Of a DNA stretch of 64,000 bases, positions 35,943-61,189 are shown one piece after another. The stretch lies in the NCBI RefSeq assembly GCF_026571515.1, contig NW_026851848.1:124001-188000 (forward strand). The letters run 5' to 3'. The position numbers and the translations under genes are program-made. The DNA comes from Ruditapes philippinarum (taxonomy: Eukaryota). The notes beneath the pieces are model-generated. The model searched no databases, was not told where the DNA came from, and was given only the letters and a program-made list of their open reading frames with translations. Position 1 is the stretch's first letter. Each line of letters starts with the position of its first letter.

Positions 35943-37799
35943 AAAGGATCTAAACATGGATTTGCATATGATTGTTAGATGCTGGTTTTTATACAATGGG
36001 AAGCGATGTTCAATATTTTCGGGAATTAAAATAAAACTTCTTTAAATATAGAGTGATAAATGGAAAATATAATTGATATAGGCGAGCTTGTACAATCTTT
36101 ATAAACTTTTCGTAGTTTAGAATATTTATATGAAGCATAATAGATTTAGGTGTATAATTGATTAGAATGGGTTGGACATGGCTAGTGGACACACTGTTTG
36201 TACCAAGCAAAGAAATATACGTCAAGAACGTGTGTCTGTCTGAAATATGGATGTACGGATGATTGTCGGTTAAATCTGGGACAAAAAATAAAGTAAATAT
36301 TTTTTGGTTCCAGGTTAAATTTGAAGAAAAAGGCTGACCGAAATAACATTTAAAACAACAAAAACATGTTATTATTGTGGATTAAAACTTATATAGATAA
36401 TTTAGAGACACTTAAGTACATGTATATCTATTTATCAATACAGAACATCTGGTTTGAGGAAAAAATGAGATAAACAAACATAAACATAATTAAGCATACA
36501 TTTTTAATTGTGCTTTCCGTTCTTTGCGTTTTATAAAATTTAGATATTACTTTTAATTTTGAAACATTTTACCAGTGAAAATGATATGTTTTAAAAAATA
36601 TCAACATTATTAAATTATTAAAATGAATGTAATTCATGGAAAAGTATAAAACTTATATGTTTTATAAATAGATTCAAAATGGGTTAACATAATGGAATGT
36701 TTGCCATATATATACATGTATTTAGCTAACCTGACCACAAAGAGGTCATGGTGAGTATTTGTGAGAGTCTATTGTCCATATGATAGTGTTTTTTACATAT
36801 TGCAGTACTGAACACAATAGTACAGAATTTACAACACCAAAAGACATTAATTTCTTCCTTGAATCGTCCTAATTAAGTCATGATTTACAGAGTTATGACG
36901 GTCCTTAAAATAACCCAAACAAACATGTTTGTCAGGTTTATGTGATGTTAGTTTTATAGCTTCTGATCTACTTTTAAACTTCCATTTATTTAGTTCCGCC
37001 CATTGTTTCCTTATTCTTTTATTTTGGAACCATACACCTCTTTTTCAAGGACTGGCACTTACGTGTCACATTGAATGTTCCATGATAAACGCCTGTTTCT
37101 AAATTTCACCATTGTCATGCTTAATTGTTGAATTCTGCTTGCTTTAAGCCAGTGCTATGGGGTGTGGACTGTAGCTTGCGTTTTCTAGTACCGTCCACAA
37201 ATTAAACAGGCTGTGTCAATGTGAAATTAATCTGTTTAGCGATTGCTGAAATTAATTGCATCGTTCTTAGATTACTGACGCACCGTGCTGTGTAGGATCG
37301 TATTAGTAAAGAGTTGTCCAAGATAAGCATTTGTCAAAATTTGACTTGTCTGGCTTATTGTCAGTATTGAGTTGTCCTGGACGTCGGCCTGTAGGATTTA
37401 TAGAGCCCTTGCCTTTTCTAAAAACCTGATATACTCGTAATCGTGAGTTCCTGAGTTATGGTCCTTTTGGATATCAGGAAGGTATAACTTGCCTAGCATA
37501 CACGAAATGATTAAACAATGGACCCAGTTGAGCGATTTAGGGTCAATGTAGCCCTCTTTTTTGTTTTTAAAAACTGTTTTATAGTGTACCACAGTGTTAA
37601 TTTCATATATTTATATAATATGTACATATCACACATAATATGTAGAATTTAGAATTATCTTCATTACATTATTCGCCCCCAAGTTCACATCAAGTTATAA
37701 AGAAATTTAAGGTTGTCAATGTGTACTTTATCCATAAAGCCACATCTTTTTGTACACATTAAGGATACAGCAGTTTGAATTGTTTGCTCACTTAAGCAA

Positions 37800-38780
37800 A
37801 AAAACTTTTAAGATTGCCATCAGTCCGTCATGCGTTTGTCTGAAGCCGACGTTTAATTGGTCGGTCAAAAAGCATTTTCCTTTTTGGTCGGGTTGCACAG
37901 GTGCAAGGGTTATAGTATGATGAATGCGGGCGTCTGGCGGGTGGAAAAGATTTTGGAACAGTTTTCTCAGCAACTACTTTCACAGCCTCTTGATATTTGG
38001 TATACAGCATTAATACATGGTCCCATACCGTGGGTTTCGATTTCAGGTATGTCACTCCTCCACTCCGTGTTTACTGACTTAAATTTTCGACTTTAATGGT
38101 CAATGGTAAGAAACTTTCTTAACAGTTTTCTCAGCAACTACTTATCACAGCCTTTTGATATTTGGTATACAGCATAAAGACGTCCCATGGCGTGGGATTC
38201 GGTTTCAGATCTGTCATTCATCCACTTCTTGTTTATCGACTTTATAGTAACATCACAGCCTCATGATATTTGGTATACAAATGCAACCCGAACTTTTCTA
38301 TCTTTGACCCATTTTTAATTTGAATTTAAATCAGCCTTGCAGAGAAACTGATTTTCCAGTAGATCTGGCTTCCTATCCGGAGTGGTTTGGCACATAAAGC
38401 ATTACATAGTTGTAGCCCCTTAAACAGCCAAGATAGGCATATCGCCTGCTTAATTGATTTTGACTTAATTTGCAGAGAACTAGTAGGTCTTAGTTTCTTT
38501 CTTTAAAAATGATGATTCTGTCAAGCATTACCGAGTTATGGCCCCTATAAATACAGAAATAGATGCCAAAATAGGCGCACTTGTGATAAATTTTCTTCTC
38601 CGAAAGTGCAAAGGCGAAATTTGAAATATTCCACATGTAGCAAAATAAAACTCTTTTGACCTTCAGTATAGTTCTGTTTATGTGGTATTGAACTTTGACC
38701 TTGAAAATGATCTTGTGGCCCCTTGTCTAGCAAGTTTTCATTTGAGCGATCGATCAAGGCCTCTCATTCCCTCTTGTTCG
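37800..38780 (-). mobile_element. Degraded HINE-like remnants
   Basis: Repeated AACAGTTTTCTCAGCAACTACT...GATATTTGGTATACA units; CCCTCTTGTT (reverse complement AACAAGAGGG) terminus. Confidence 0.5.
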
Positions 38781-40799
38781 AACAGGTTTAAAACATAAGT
38801 TTGACTGACTATAATATGTCTTATTAACAGTAATTAGTTTGTCAAGAATTTTATTCATTTTTTAAGGAAAATCTGAAAATGTCCTATAAATGTATTGCAA
38901 GACAAATGTATGCATGCATGTGGTTATGTTTATATGGGTGTAATAATTATATGATAGCATAATAAATGTATTTACAATTTTTATTATTTGTTTTATTCAA
39001 TGACCATAAAATAGTATCATGTAATAGCAACCACTTTTTTCCCTCTCTTTTTTGTGTTAAGTTGTTATAGTTAGCTTCAATATTGACAGAAAATCTTCAG
39101 CTTTACTCGAGATCAATTCTAGACTAAATCAATCCTCCCAGTTTCTGCTGAAAAGTTTCCTCGTATAAAGTAACTTCAACTCATCACTCATTCATAAGAG
39201 TGATGCATGTAAAATCCACCTTTACGCTGATCCTGTCGCAAGGGAGATAATCCACTTTATGATGCAAGGGCGATAATCCTGAGTGACTGGGACTGTCGCA
39301 ACTCCTTTTTTTGTTCCCAAGATGATCATCCGTTTTTAGCTCGACTTTATTTTTTTTTGAAAAAAAAGTAGAGATATTGCTATAGTCGCGGCAGCGTTGC
39401 TATAGTCGCGGCAGCGTTGCCGTTGCCGTTCCCGTCCGCAAACTTGTTCAGAAATATAATTACCTTTCAATAAAAAGAACCCACAATTTTTCACCCACGG
39501 TAATATCACAAGGGAGATAATTGTTTATGCTGTAAGGGAGATAAGTGACTCCTTCACATTCAAATGCATAGCTTTGTCATATTGAATATTATCGTGACCA
39601 AAAAAACAGCCATACCAGTTTGCTAGATAATTTCATAAACAAGAGGCCCATTGTCTCCCTGTCTCACCTGGAACAAAATTTAATTGTGTTATGTCTCTCT
39701 TATAAATATGGAAAAAAATGTAATTACTGAAGTGAAAACTTTTTAGTTTCTAGTTCTAGCTTCACGATTATCTTGGTTTGTTTTAATTAACCAGCATTTC
39801 CGATTCAGTAACAGATATGTTAAGATACAAAACATTTTAACAATCTGCTGTGGACGTTAATTTCATCGACCACTGTGAATTCACTTAATTATCTGGGCAT
39901 GAAATGTCAGAAAGAACATTTTCATGGGTTCTTAAATTTTTGGACTATTTGTTTTCCCTAAAAACATAAAATGTATAAATAATGTAATACAAAATAACCT
40001 CACAGCAGACGCAATGAAATTTTCTTGGATCTTAAATTCGTGGATTGACCAATATACGAAAACCCCGAATATTAGTTCCCTACGAATGATTATGATTTTG
40101 CAGTATCTGGCTACAGAAGACCCGCCCGCTCCCTTGCGAAGTACAGACTTTTAAAATCTTCTAATGATCAAGAATGAAGAAAATGTAACCGATACTGATA
40201 GTGACGAATATAATAAATTTCATTCCATACTCAAACCTTAACCTGCTGAATTTCTAAAATGGCAATGTCCAGCTACAAATTCTGGAACAGTTCATGATCA
40301 ATTTTGGGTAAATCAAGATGACAATTTGAAGTCAATCAGCCACAGAAGTGCAGGCTAGCTTGGCTCTACAATGGAGGCAAAAAGCTAACTTCAGTTCCAG
40401 TGGGTTAAGGGCCTATCATTCAAATACAAACAACAACAACAACAACAACAAAGATATAATAATAATTTCAACAACAACACAAGTTTATGTATCTTCATAA
40501 TGTATTTAGTCCAGTTTCTAAACACCCTAAAAATAAAGCTTTGATTTGAAGATATTCTCTTTATCACAATATAGTTTTATAATGCTTTGACACAGAATTC
40601 ATTGGCATTTTATGAAAATGTCAGGACACATATTTAATAATATTTAAAACAATTCCTGGAAACATAAATTATACAAGTTTAGACTCAATTGATGCCTGGC
40701 ATTTCCAAACAGTGAGAAAACTTCTAAAGTTTTAACATCTATTGAAATGTTATATAACGCAATCTTCAACTCGTAATACTTGCGTTATTCAGAATTTAT

Positions 40800-41001
40800 T
40801 TATAATTCGACTTGGCAGGAAACTTGAATCTTATAGACACATTTTCGAATACGGTCCTAGAACCAACCAGTACTGAACAATGAGAGTAAAGTTTCTTGCT
40901 CAAGGAAGCAACACCTTGCCCCTGACTGGGTTTGAACCTACGTGGACAGCAATCCTTAAGATAACTGGTCCAAAGTGTTAACCACTCGGCCATGCCGCCA
41001 C
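40800..41001 (-). mobile_element. tRNA-derived SINE
   Basis: Minus strand: A box TGGCCGAGTGG, B box GGTTCAAACCC, then TCCTTGAGCAAGAAACTTTAC (central-domain-like). Confidence 0.75.
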
Positions 41002-41479
41002 ATTCTACCATTATTTCTAATACTTGATGTTTACTTGACGCAAAAATAAAAGTTAACAAAAGATTAAAGCAGGACACCTTCAGCTTCTTGAAAGTTTTTA
41101 AAGAAAAATCTTTCTAACATCATCCCATTGTCAAGTTTACATATAAGATAATTAAAAGTATCCATTGACACTTACAAAACCACATAAATTTCATATGTCA
41201 GAATATTAAAAAAAAAAGCTCTACCGCATTATAAACTGGTAAAAAATAATAATTTTTTGTATGGCAACACAATTTACTAATTCTGTCAAATTCATAAAGG
41301 TAAATATAAATAAAATGTAAAAGCTTTAATTAAACTTACAACAATTATACATTTTTTTAATTATGAATAATTTTTTTTGGAGGTTTGATTTTTACAAAGA
41401 AGAAAAGTTTTGCTTTTACGGAGGTGTGAAGCTTTAAAGATGTGCCTAATTATGATGTAGTGGTTTAAAACCTTTCCCT

Positions 41480-41830
41480 ACATAGAGGCACCTCTGGGGA
41501 TCTTTATCTATTACAATATGGAGGCGTCTCTAGACACCACATGGAAGTGCCTATAGACATGACATGGAAGCGCCTCTGGGCATCCTTATCTATTACAACA
41601 TGGAAGCGCCTCTGGAACCAACATGGAAGTGCCTCTGGGCATCTTAATCTATTACAACATGTAAGTGCCTCTAGACACAACATGGAAGTGCCTTTAGACA
41701 CAACACGGAAGTGCCTCTGGACACCTTAGTTTAGTTTAAGATGGAAGCTACTCTGGATGCCTTATTTATTACCATGTGGAAGTACCGGTTGACAATTTAC
41801 CTTTATACCACATGGAAATGCTTCTTGACA
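41480..41830. repeat. Degenerate minisatellite, ACATGGAAGTGCCTCT core
   Basis: About 12 short units of alternating length. Confidence 0.8.
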
Positions 41831-43246
41831 CCACCAAATTGTCAAATATTTAGACATTTCCAAAGTTTGGACACTGAAAGTAAATGCATCACCATTTAAT
41901 GCAAATAATTAATATGAAGATTGGGGGAAAAGCATGTGATGCCCGATTGTTTAATTAGTAACCTGTCAAACAATGACTCCCTTCTATAAAGACTTAGAAG
42001 CGGTAAATATTATCATAGCCAGACTTTATAAGCAGTCAAGTTATTTTCCATAAAGGAAATTCGCTGCTTTATAAATGCATGTTTGATCTTTTACATAAAT
42101 GACCAATGATCCAAACAGTCTGAGAAATAATACACATGTTATTATTACATGACCTTTATTGTCCGACTAATTAGAAAGGAAAAACACTTCATATCTAGTT
42201 TCCATTGCACAAAATTAATATTTCTGTATAAGGGAATGGGTTTACCAATACCATGATGGACCCTACAGTAATCAGCATTTGGCACAAAATTGTGTACAGC
42301 CAGGCCAGCCTGCTCTATACAATCTGACCAGGCTCTATACTGTTGACAGCTAAATTGTTGTATTTTGTCAATGAGATCCCTTAAACTTTGACTGAGCTGT
42401 TCCAAATTTCAAAAAACAGGGCAAGTCCATTACACAATTGCTGCAGGTTCAGTATTAAGTATATCATAATTTCATCAGAATATTTATGTCCTTATTTGAA
42501 ACTTCAAAATAATCTCCCAATTAATTACAGTTGTATGTATTTTAAACTTCAAATATATTTTTTCTTCACATGTACCAAGTAAACATTCAATAATACATGG
42601 AAGTAATGTATGAAAAATACAATCGTAATCAGTACATATGATATATAATTGTCCATACAAGGCATATACAGTGAAATGCTCAAACACATTACTGACAAAT
42701 ACAATGTAATATCATTTCAACTGTATTTAGTCAGTTTTGAATATCACTATCAATACAAACCTAAGAAATATGACCTCCAAACACAGGTCACATATGATAT
42801 CAAAGACATAGGTAAAAAATATGATCTTCAGAAAGGTCACATATGACCTTGAAGACAAAAGTCAAACAATATGACCTTCAATATAAAGGTCATATACAAA
42901 ATTAAAAAAAAAAAACAAAGGTCAAACAATATTATCTTCAAGTCAAACCTCACATATAACACTAAAAAAAGTAAAAGAATCATACCATTGCGCCAAAGGT
43001 CACATGACCACAAATTAAAGACAAGAGTCAAACAATGTGACCTTGAAAACAAAGGTCATACAATGTATTATGTTAATAAGGTACCTATAAGGGTGTTATG
43101 AGTATAATAAACTAAGAGAATGCATGTTCATAGATCACAAGAATTAACAATTTTTTTACATTGTATTACTTTATTATTTGACCTTTGACCTTTAGAATAG
43201 ATCTTTAGCCTTTTCAATGTTTCAAACATAATAAAAACAACCTCAA

Positions 43247-44695
43247 ACTAGAACTGCCACTATCATGGCGTGAATACCCCCGCATACCACTTTGTCAGAA
43301 TCAACAGTGGCCATTTACAGCTCAAGGACAACCTTCCTGCCAAATCTGAGGTTACTACGCCAGTGCAATGCTTAGTTATGTATTCTACATGTTTCAAATG
43401 TGAAAATGTCAAAATCAATACACTGCTGACAGGCACTCTTTAGCAATTGAGAAGAAAAGCTTTTTTTTGTCAAGGTCCCTGTGACCTTAACCTTTGACCC
43501 AGTGCTTCAAAATCAATAGGGGTCACCTTATGGTCATGATCAACATCCATGCCAAATATGAAGACTGTGGGTCAAAGGAATCTTAAGTTAATGGGTGGAC
43601 AAACTTTTTGAAGTCAAAGTCCCTGTGACCTTGACCTTTAATCCAGTGACCTTAAAATCAAAAGGGGTCATCTTCTAATCATGACTAACATCCATTCCAA
43701 ATATGAAGACTGTGGGTCAAAGGAATCTAAAGTTATTGGGCGGACAAGCTTTTTATAGTCAAGGCCCCTGTGACCTTGACCTTTGACCTGGTGACCTCAA
43801 AGTCAATAGAGGTCATCTACTAATCATGACTAATCTCTATGCCAAATATGAAGACTGTGGGTCAAAGGAATCTAAATGTATTGGGAGGACCATTTTTTTG
43901 AAGTCAAGGCCCCTGTGACCTTGACCTTTGACCTGGAGACCTCAAAATCAATAGGGGTCATCTACTTATCATGACTAACCTCCATGCCAAATATGAAGAC
44001 TGTGGGTCAAAAGAATCTTAAGTTATTGGGCGGACAAGCTTTTTGAAGTCAAGGCCCCTGTGACCCTGACCTTTGACTTGGTGACCTCAAAGTCAATAGG
44101 GGTAATCTACTAATCATGACTAACCTCCATGCCAAATATGAAGACTGTGGGTCAAAAGAATATTAAGTTATTTGACGGACAAGCTTTTTGAAGTCAAGGC
44201 CCCTGTGACCTTGACCTTTGACCTGGTGACCTCAAAATCAATAGAGATCATCTACTAATCATGACTAACCTCCATGCCAAATATGAAGACTGTGGGTCAA
44301 AGGAATCTTAAGTTATTGGGCGGACAAGCTTTTTGAAGTCAAGGCCCCTGTGACCTTGACCTTTGACCTGGTGACCTCAAAATCAATAGGGGTCATCTAC
44401 TAATCATGAATAACCTCCATGCCAAATATGAAGACTGTAGGTCAAAGGAATCTTAAGTTATTGGACGGGTCAAGGCCCCTGTGACCTTGACCTTTGACCT
44501 GGTGACCTCAAAATCAATAGGGGTCATCTACTAATCATGACTAACCTCCATGCCAAATATGAAGACTGTAGGTCAAAGGAATCTTAAGTTATTGGGCGGA
44601 CAAGAAAAAAACGACGGACAGCCTGATGGCTGGACAGCCGGACGGACAACCTGATTCCAGTATACCCCCCTTACAACTTTGTTGTGCGGGGGTAT
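43247..44695 (+). mobile_element. HINE-like element, 8 x 145-bp units
   Basis: ACTAGAACTGCC start; sub-TIR ATACCCCCGCA / TGCGGGGGTAT; GGAC microsatellite; unit anchors 43483, 43627, 43772, 43917, 44062, 44207, 44352, 44483. Confidence 0.85.
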
Positions 44696-47600
44696 AATAA
44701 TATAGTTATAAAATACATGAAAATACTTAATACATATGTAGCTATCTAATTATGTCCATATCACTCAGCTATAAATAAATATTCATGTAAACTATTTAAG
44801 CCATTTGAAGACAGGATATATTTATACATGAATATGTTTCTACCATACACCAGTCATTTTTAACTCCAGTACCCCTCCCAAATATTTTCGGAGAAACAGC
44901 CCTTACTTTGACTTTCAGACCAGCACAGTGCTAGTGAAATCTTCACCTTGCAGGTGACAATCTGTAACTTAAATTCCTGACTATTCCCCAAATAGAAAAC
45001 AGGAAAAAAAAGAGGAAACACATAATTATCTCCCTCTCCACTCAATTTCCCCCAAATCTTCTGAAGGTAAAACTTAACACGTGAAAATAAATAATAAAAC
45101 TCAAGTACACTAATGTGACCAAAATCATTATTTATAATAATAATAATAACAACAAAATTTACAACACTATAACAATGAAAGTTAAAATAATTATTTCAAA
45201 ATAATAAAAACAATAATAAAAGAAATAGTGCTCAATTTTCATGACAACAAAATTGCAATTAACCACACAAATAATCAATAGACATAAATAGTAACCTTTG
45301 ACCTCTTGAATTTATGCAACAAATTTGCCTGGCTTTGAATTTGGACCAGTCCATTCAATGCTTAAGGGGTTTCAACTTCAAAATTTAAAAATTGATCTAT
45401 AAACAGTATAGAGCCTGGTCAGTCTGCGAACAAGTGCAGGTTGGCAAGGCATTCTACTGTTGGCAAAGGTCAACCACTTTTGTTCAAGGTAGGGTTAGGG
45501 TAAATTTAATGCCACCTTCATATTTCTCCTAATCGTTTGAAATACATGTCTAAGGGTTCTTTGTAAAATACATCAATTCAAACTGCTAACAAAATAATAT
45601 CAATTTTTTTGTTTGTTTGTTTCATTTTACGCCTTTTTCCAACAGTATTTCATATAGGCGGAATGGTATTATTATTATAGTATTACATATAGGCGGGTAG
45701 TTTCCTAACCATCGTTCCTGGAGAGTTACACCAGTACAAAACTACCTTCCTCCGCGCTAAACTACTAAAGCATCTCCCGGGGATCGAACCCACGCCAGAG
45801 AGGTAAATAAGGACAATGCTACAGTAACAAGGTGAAAACCAGGAATATTATATGTCCCTGGTGAAACAAAACTTCAATTTTCATATATATAACATACACA
45901 TTGTCATGTTATAAACAGATTTTTATGGCAAGTTCTGGGAAACAAATGTGTAAAAGAATTTACTTGGAACAGATTGTCACCCCTTCGTTATCAAGCATAT
46001 TTTTGTGAATATTAGTCACATGTTTATACTTTTCACAGAACATGCATAATCTCCCTTGGTTGCCATTTGACTTGAAGGTCATTCCTTATACACCATATAC
46101 AATGTATATGCTAAAGACCAAAAATAAAAATCTCTTACAAAACACATATGTAAAAAAAAAATTGACAATTTTCCTAAATCATCTATTCCTTTACTCATTT
46201 TATCAAATATTAAGCCCCAAAAACTTAGCTGCCTCTTTTGTCAAAGGATCAAGATATGCATTAAGTATTCAACTTAAAATTAAGTTTGGAAATAGTAGCT
46301 CTCTACCAGCATAAACGACCATAAACCAGCAGGCTAAGTTGCTTCCTATGTAGCATACTTTTTCTCCACAAGTAAGAATCAACTTCTTCTCATCCAAAAA
46401 GGATGAAATGATTAAGAAAACAGTTATAAAAAAACAACATTCATTTCGACCAAGAAAAGTAATATCATGGATTAAACCTCAATAATATCAGTTGTGAGGA
46501 GCTTATATTCTTCCTGACAGAGTTTTCTTCATTTGAAGATATCTTGTTTTCATCAAATGATTACATAAACACAAGAACAAAGCAAGAAACTTTTTTTTTT
46601 CACACCTAAATTTATGTAATGGACTTTCCCTGCTTTGAGTTTGGAACAGTCTATTGTCAGAGTAAGGGATTTCAACAACAGAATACAAAATTTGAGCAGC
46701 AAACAGTAGTAAAGCCTTGTAAAATATTGCGAATAAAAGCATACAAGCTGGTTCTACACGGGTTCAACACTGGCTTTACACGTGTGATTCTGGTCTTTCT
46801 ACTTTACGCCACAGTGTTACGTGGTTAGATATATAAGAATAATTTCGAAAATGTGAATAAATCTTAGTGCAAAACAATAACAAATGCAAACAGCAAGTGA
46901 ACGTGTGCATAATGCCCTGTCTAATACTAAACAATGACTCAACAATGCACTTCGCAGGAGACAGTCGTATTAACATATAAGTAAGTACACGTATTCTGAT
47001 AAAATCAAATTAAAAATAGTTCAGTTCAGCAAAATACAGTAGGATTTGTGCTGAAATTAAAAGCAGATCTTCTTTTAATATCAGCATAGGTAAAAAAATA
47101 AAACAAAAAACCTGCAATAAAACAATTTAAGCACTTACTCTTAATACTGAACTGCAATATAGAAATCAGTTTATACCAATCTTAGAAATGTGTTACCCAG
47201 TAGTGGGTGTGTGTTGGGCAGAAAAATGATTGAAATCATGGATTCTCTAACATTATTTGAATGTTGAATGATGATGAAATGTATGACACTTAATGCTATC
47301 AAAACCTATCATGATTTAAAAAAAAAAATAGCACTTATGAATATGGACCGAGGTAAAGATTTTATAAATAACTACCATTCATAAAAACATACAGGTACAA
47401 AAATGTCAAGCATGAAAAAAATACGAAGGAAGTTTCTTTTTTTTTGTGCTTTTTTTCACATAAGTGACATATATATCCTATACAGTAGAGATAATATCAC
47501 GAAAACTTTTTACTCCCACCCTAAAAACATAATATCCGACCTAAAGTTCAATAAATTTGAAACATGTACCAACTCATTTGTTATAAAGACCGGTTATGTA

Positions 47601-47759
47601 TCTATAGATATAAACTTTTATAATACTGCACGTTTGTAACGTCGCTTTTCATTGGATACTTGTGACATTTATATAGTTTTATATACATGGCTGCTGTCGA
47701 TTTATAAAGAACTCTCGCTTTATTCCTCTAAAAATGATGCTTGGTGTATCATTAAATTG

Positions 47760-47894
47760 TTATAAAGATTTCTGAAAGGTTATATGGCCGTATATAAACA
47801 GTTGTTTGCAATATTACCCTCGCCTAGCGGCTTGGGTTATATTCACAAACAACCGTTTATATAGGGCCATATATCCTGTCAAAAATCTTTATAA
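47760..47894. mobile_element. Fold-back element (Crypton-like, tentative) downstream of the HDHD5 stop
   Basis: TTATAAAGATTT...TATATGGCC.TATATAAAC arm inverted as ...GTTTATATAGGGCCATATA...AAATCTTTATAA. Confidence 0.55.
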
Positions 47895-48421
47895 CTAATA
47901 ATATAACCAGCGTTTTCAGGTGAGTCTCATAGTGTAATCATATAAACACAGCCAATTTACCAAAGTCATCCAGTGTTTGTGATGAGGTCCTTCACATTTT
48001 CTAAAATTCTATGAGTGCATGACTTAAAAATAAATTAAGAAATTACATGCCAGGTTGCAACCGCTTTTTTTTAAATGTTTCGAAACTAATCTGAAATACT
48101 ACAACCATATTCAGCGTAATATTCAAGCAGTGAAAACAATACATAATGTAATCTATAACATTCTCCAACTAGTTACTCATTAAATGCATGTATTCTGACA
48201 ACAAGTACATTCATTCTGGTTTTGTTTAAAGAAAAAACAAAGATATTTAATAAAAAGAAAAGATGAAAAAAAAAGTAAAAAGCAAACAGTGAAAACGTTT
48301 TCTCTATAATTAAAGAAAACTGCCATGTAAAAAACCTAAAACAATGAAACAAAAAATCAGATTCTAAAAGTTATTGAGATACTATATCTGCAAACCAGTC
48401 TCTCTAATCACAAAGCCTTCA

Positions 48422-58834
<10,413 letters not shown>

Positions 58835-61189
58835 CTGTAATAAAATTTCATACTTTAGCATTCTTTGGTTTTGGAATTCATTTTACACTGTGTATGAGAA
58901 GCAGAATCACTGAGGCTGAATTGTTATTCAAATATCATATATTCTACCACTATCCCACTAGAGGCTGAATTGTGTTAATAAAATATCATATTTTATACCA
59001 CTCTTCCTAGTTGAGTAGGCTGCATTGTTTTAAAAATACCATACATATATGTATTCCTCTCACCCTATCTCCCAAAGGTCTCAGCCTTAAATTGTAAGTT
59101 TAAGTATACATTTTGTATCAAGTTTTTGCAAGGAAAAAGCCTTCAAAAATTAACATGACAGACTAAAAATTGTGCTGTTGGTGCTATACCTTCCCTAGTT
59201 AATTAATGTACCCCCCCCCCCCGTTCTGCACCCCAAGATATATAAACATGTACCATTAATTATTTGAAGAGGTTTATGCTCATATTGTGCTTATATTTTT
59301 ATATTTTAGGAAACTCAACACTAATTAAGCTGCATGCACCCCTGACCAGGTAAGTAAAAATAAATCCCTGTATATTTGCCAGGACTCGGACTTAAGATTT
59401 GAAATGGAGAAAAACAAAATGTTGAACTTTGCATTGAACTTAAACTGGACATTTTTATACTGTTTGTTGATAAAAACAGTCAAAAATATAAATGACCTTG
59501 ATACATTAGCCTAGATTATGGACAAATATGTACATATTGATCTAATACACAATCATGTACATAATGTAATGTTATAAATACATGATAAGTAAAGTTCCTT
59601 TAACTTTGAATGCTCAGTGTGGAAAGTGCAATTAAACTTTTTATGTTTGAACAATTAGTAGAATATAAACAAGAAAGGTTTTATATTGCTGTTTGTTGTT
59701 GTTGTTGTTGTTGTTGTAGGAAATCATCATTTGTTATTTTTTGTTAAAAATAAGAGATCCTTTTACTTTAGACCCCTAGTAACCATCACCATGATATTTG
59801 ATATATATATAAGAATTATGTACAGAATTAGAACATGCTTTGACTTGAAAATAGATTTCAAAGATTTAAAACACATTGTTGTTTGATGTGTGTCAGGAGT
59901 GTCTAATTGTTTTGCATGTAAATATTATTCAGTCAAATTCAAATAATTAGCATGAAATCCAGTTTGGAATAATGGAAAAAAAAACTCTTTTTTTTCAGTA
60001 TCATGTGCCAACTACTGTATATATTTTAACTTAGAGGCCGTTTAGAAAAGCAAAAAATTTACGGAAGAAAACATTTTCACGCTTTATTTCAGCATTTACT
60101 AGAATTGAATACATTTAATTATGATAAACCTGCGGCTCAATTCTATAGCTCTAAGGGCAAGTGATCAGGAGTCAATGATCTAAAACCTGACTTGGCCATG
60201 GATGCCCCCAAAAATATTCTAAAATCAGAGCAAAAACAAAACTGAGGTTTTAATTACTGTCTTTTTGTGACCCCACAGACCAGGGGTTATAACTACATGT
60301 ACATTGTATTAATCAGGATATTGCTGTTACAAACATAAATTATAATAAACAAATCCGGTACCAAAACATATCTATTTGATTTAGAATTGGTCTATAATGA
60401 AAGGTCTGTAATACAATGAATAATTTACTTTGATAGTGTTTTAAGTATTAGACATTAAACAGTAAAATTCAAGTCGCGAAACAACTATACATTGAAATTG
60501 TTGACAAAATATGTGAGATACTAGTACACGATGTGATATTTCATATATTTACATGTATATAGCGGATAATAATTAAAAAGTTCTAATACAAAATATTATT
60601 ATTCATCATATACATGTTCATTCTACATTACTCAAGTACAACTTTTTGGACCTTTTTTTTTTTAAAGCAACATTTCATAAGAATATACAAATGATACATT
60701 TAACTATTGTTATTTCTTCAATATTTGAAATACTTATGGATATTGTGCCCATTTTAGACCTTTTCACTTAAAACCAACCATCTGAAAGTTGGATAATTAT
60801 GATTCTTTCTTTTCACATCACATTTTACCCTTTGAACTTAAACCTGAAGTTTATCAAAGTGAAACCAATTTGTAACAGAAATGTCACTGTTCTCACTCTA
60901 TGACAAGGCTAATTTAGTTACAACAAAAGTCACAAATTATAATGCTTTAAGTCATAATTAGATAACATCTGACATACTTGGAGGTTATTTACCTTTTAAC
61001 TGACTACAACTGACAAAAAATACTGCAAAATTTGGTCCCAAAATACCTCTAAGAAAAGACATAAAATTTGTAATGCTATTATAAGCAAGAATTGTGTAAT
61101 TACACATGATTTAAACTAATCTGTATCACATTACTATTTAAATAGAAAAGAATTCTTGATAAATGAACCTTTTATACTTTCTATTATAC

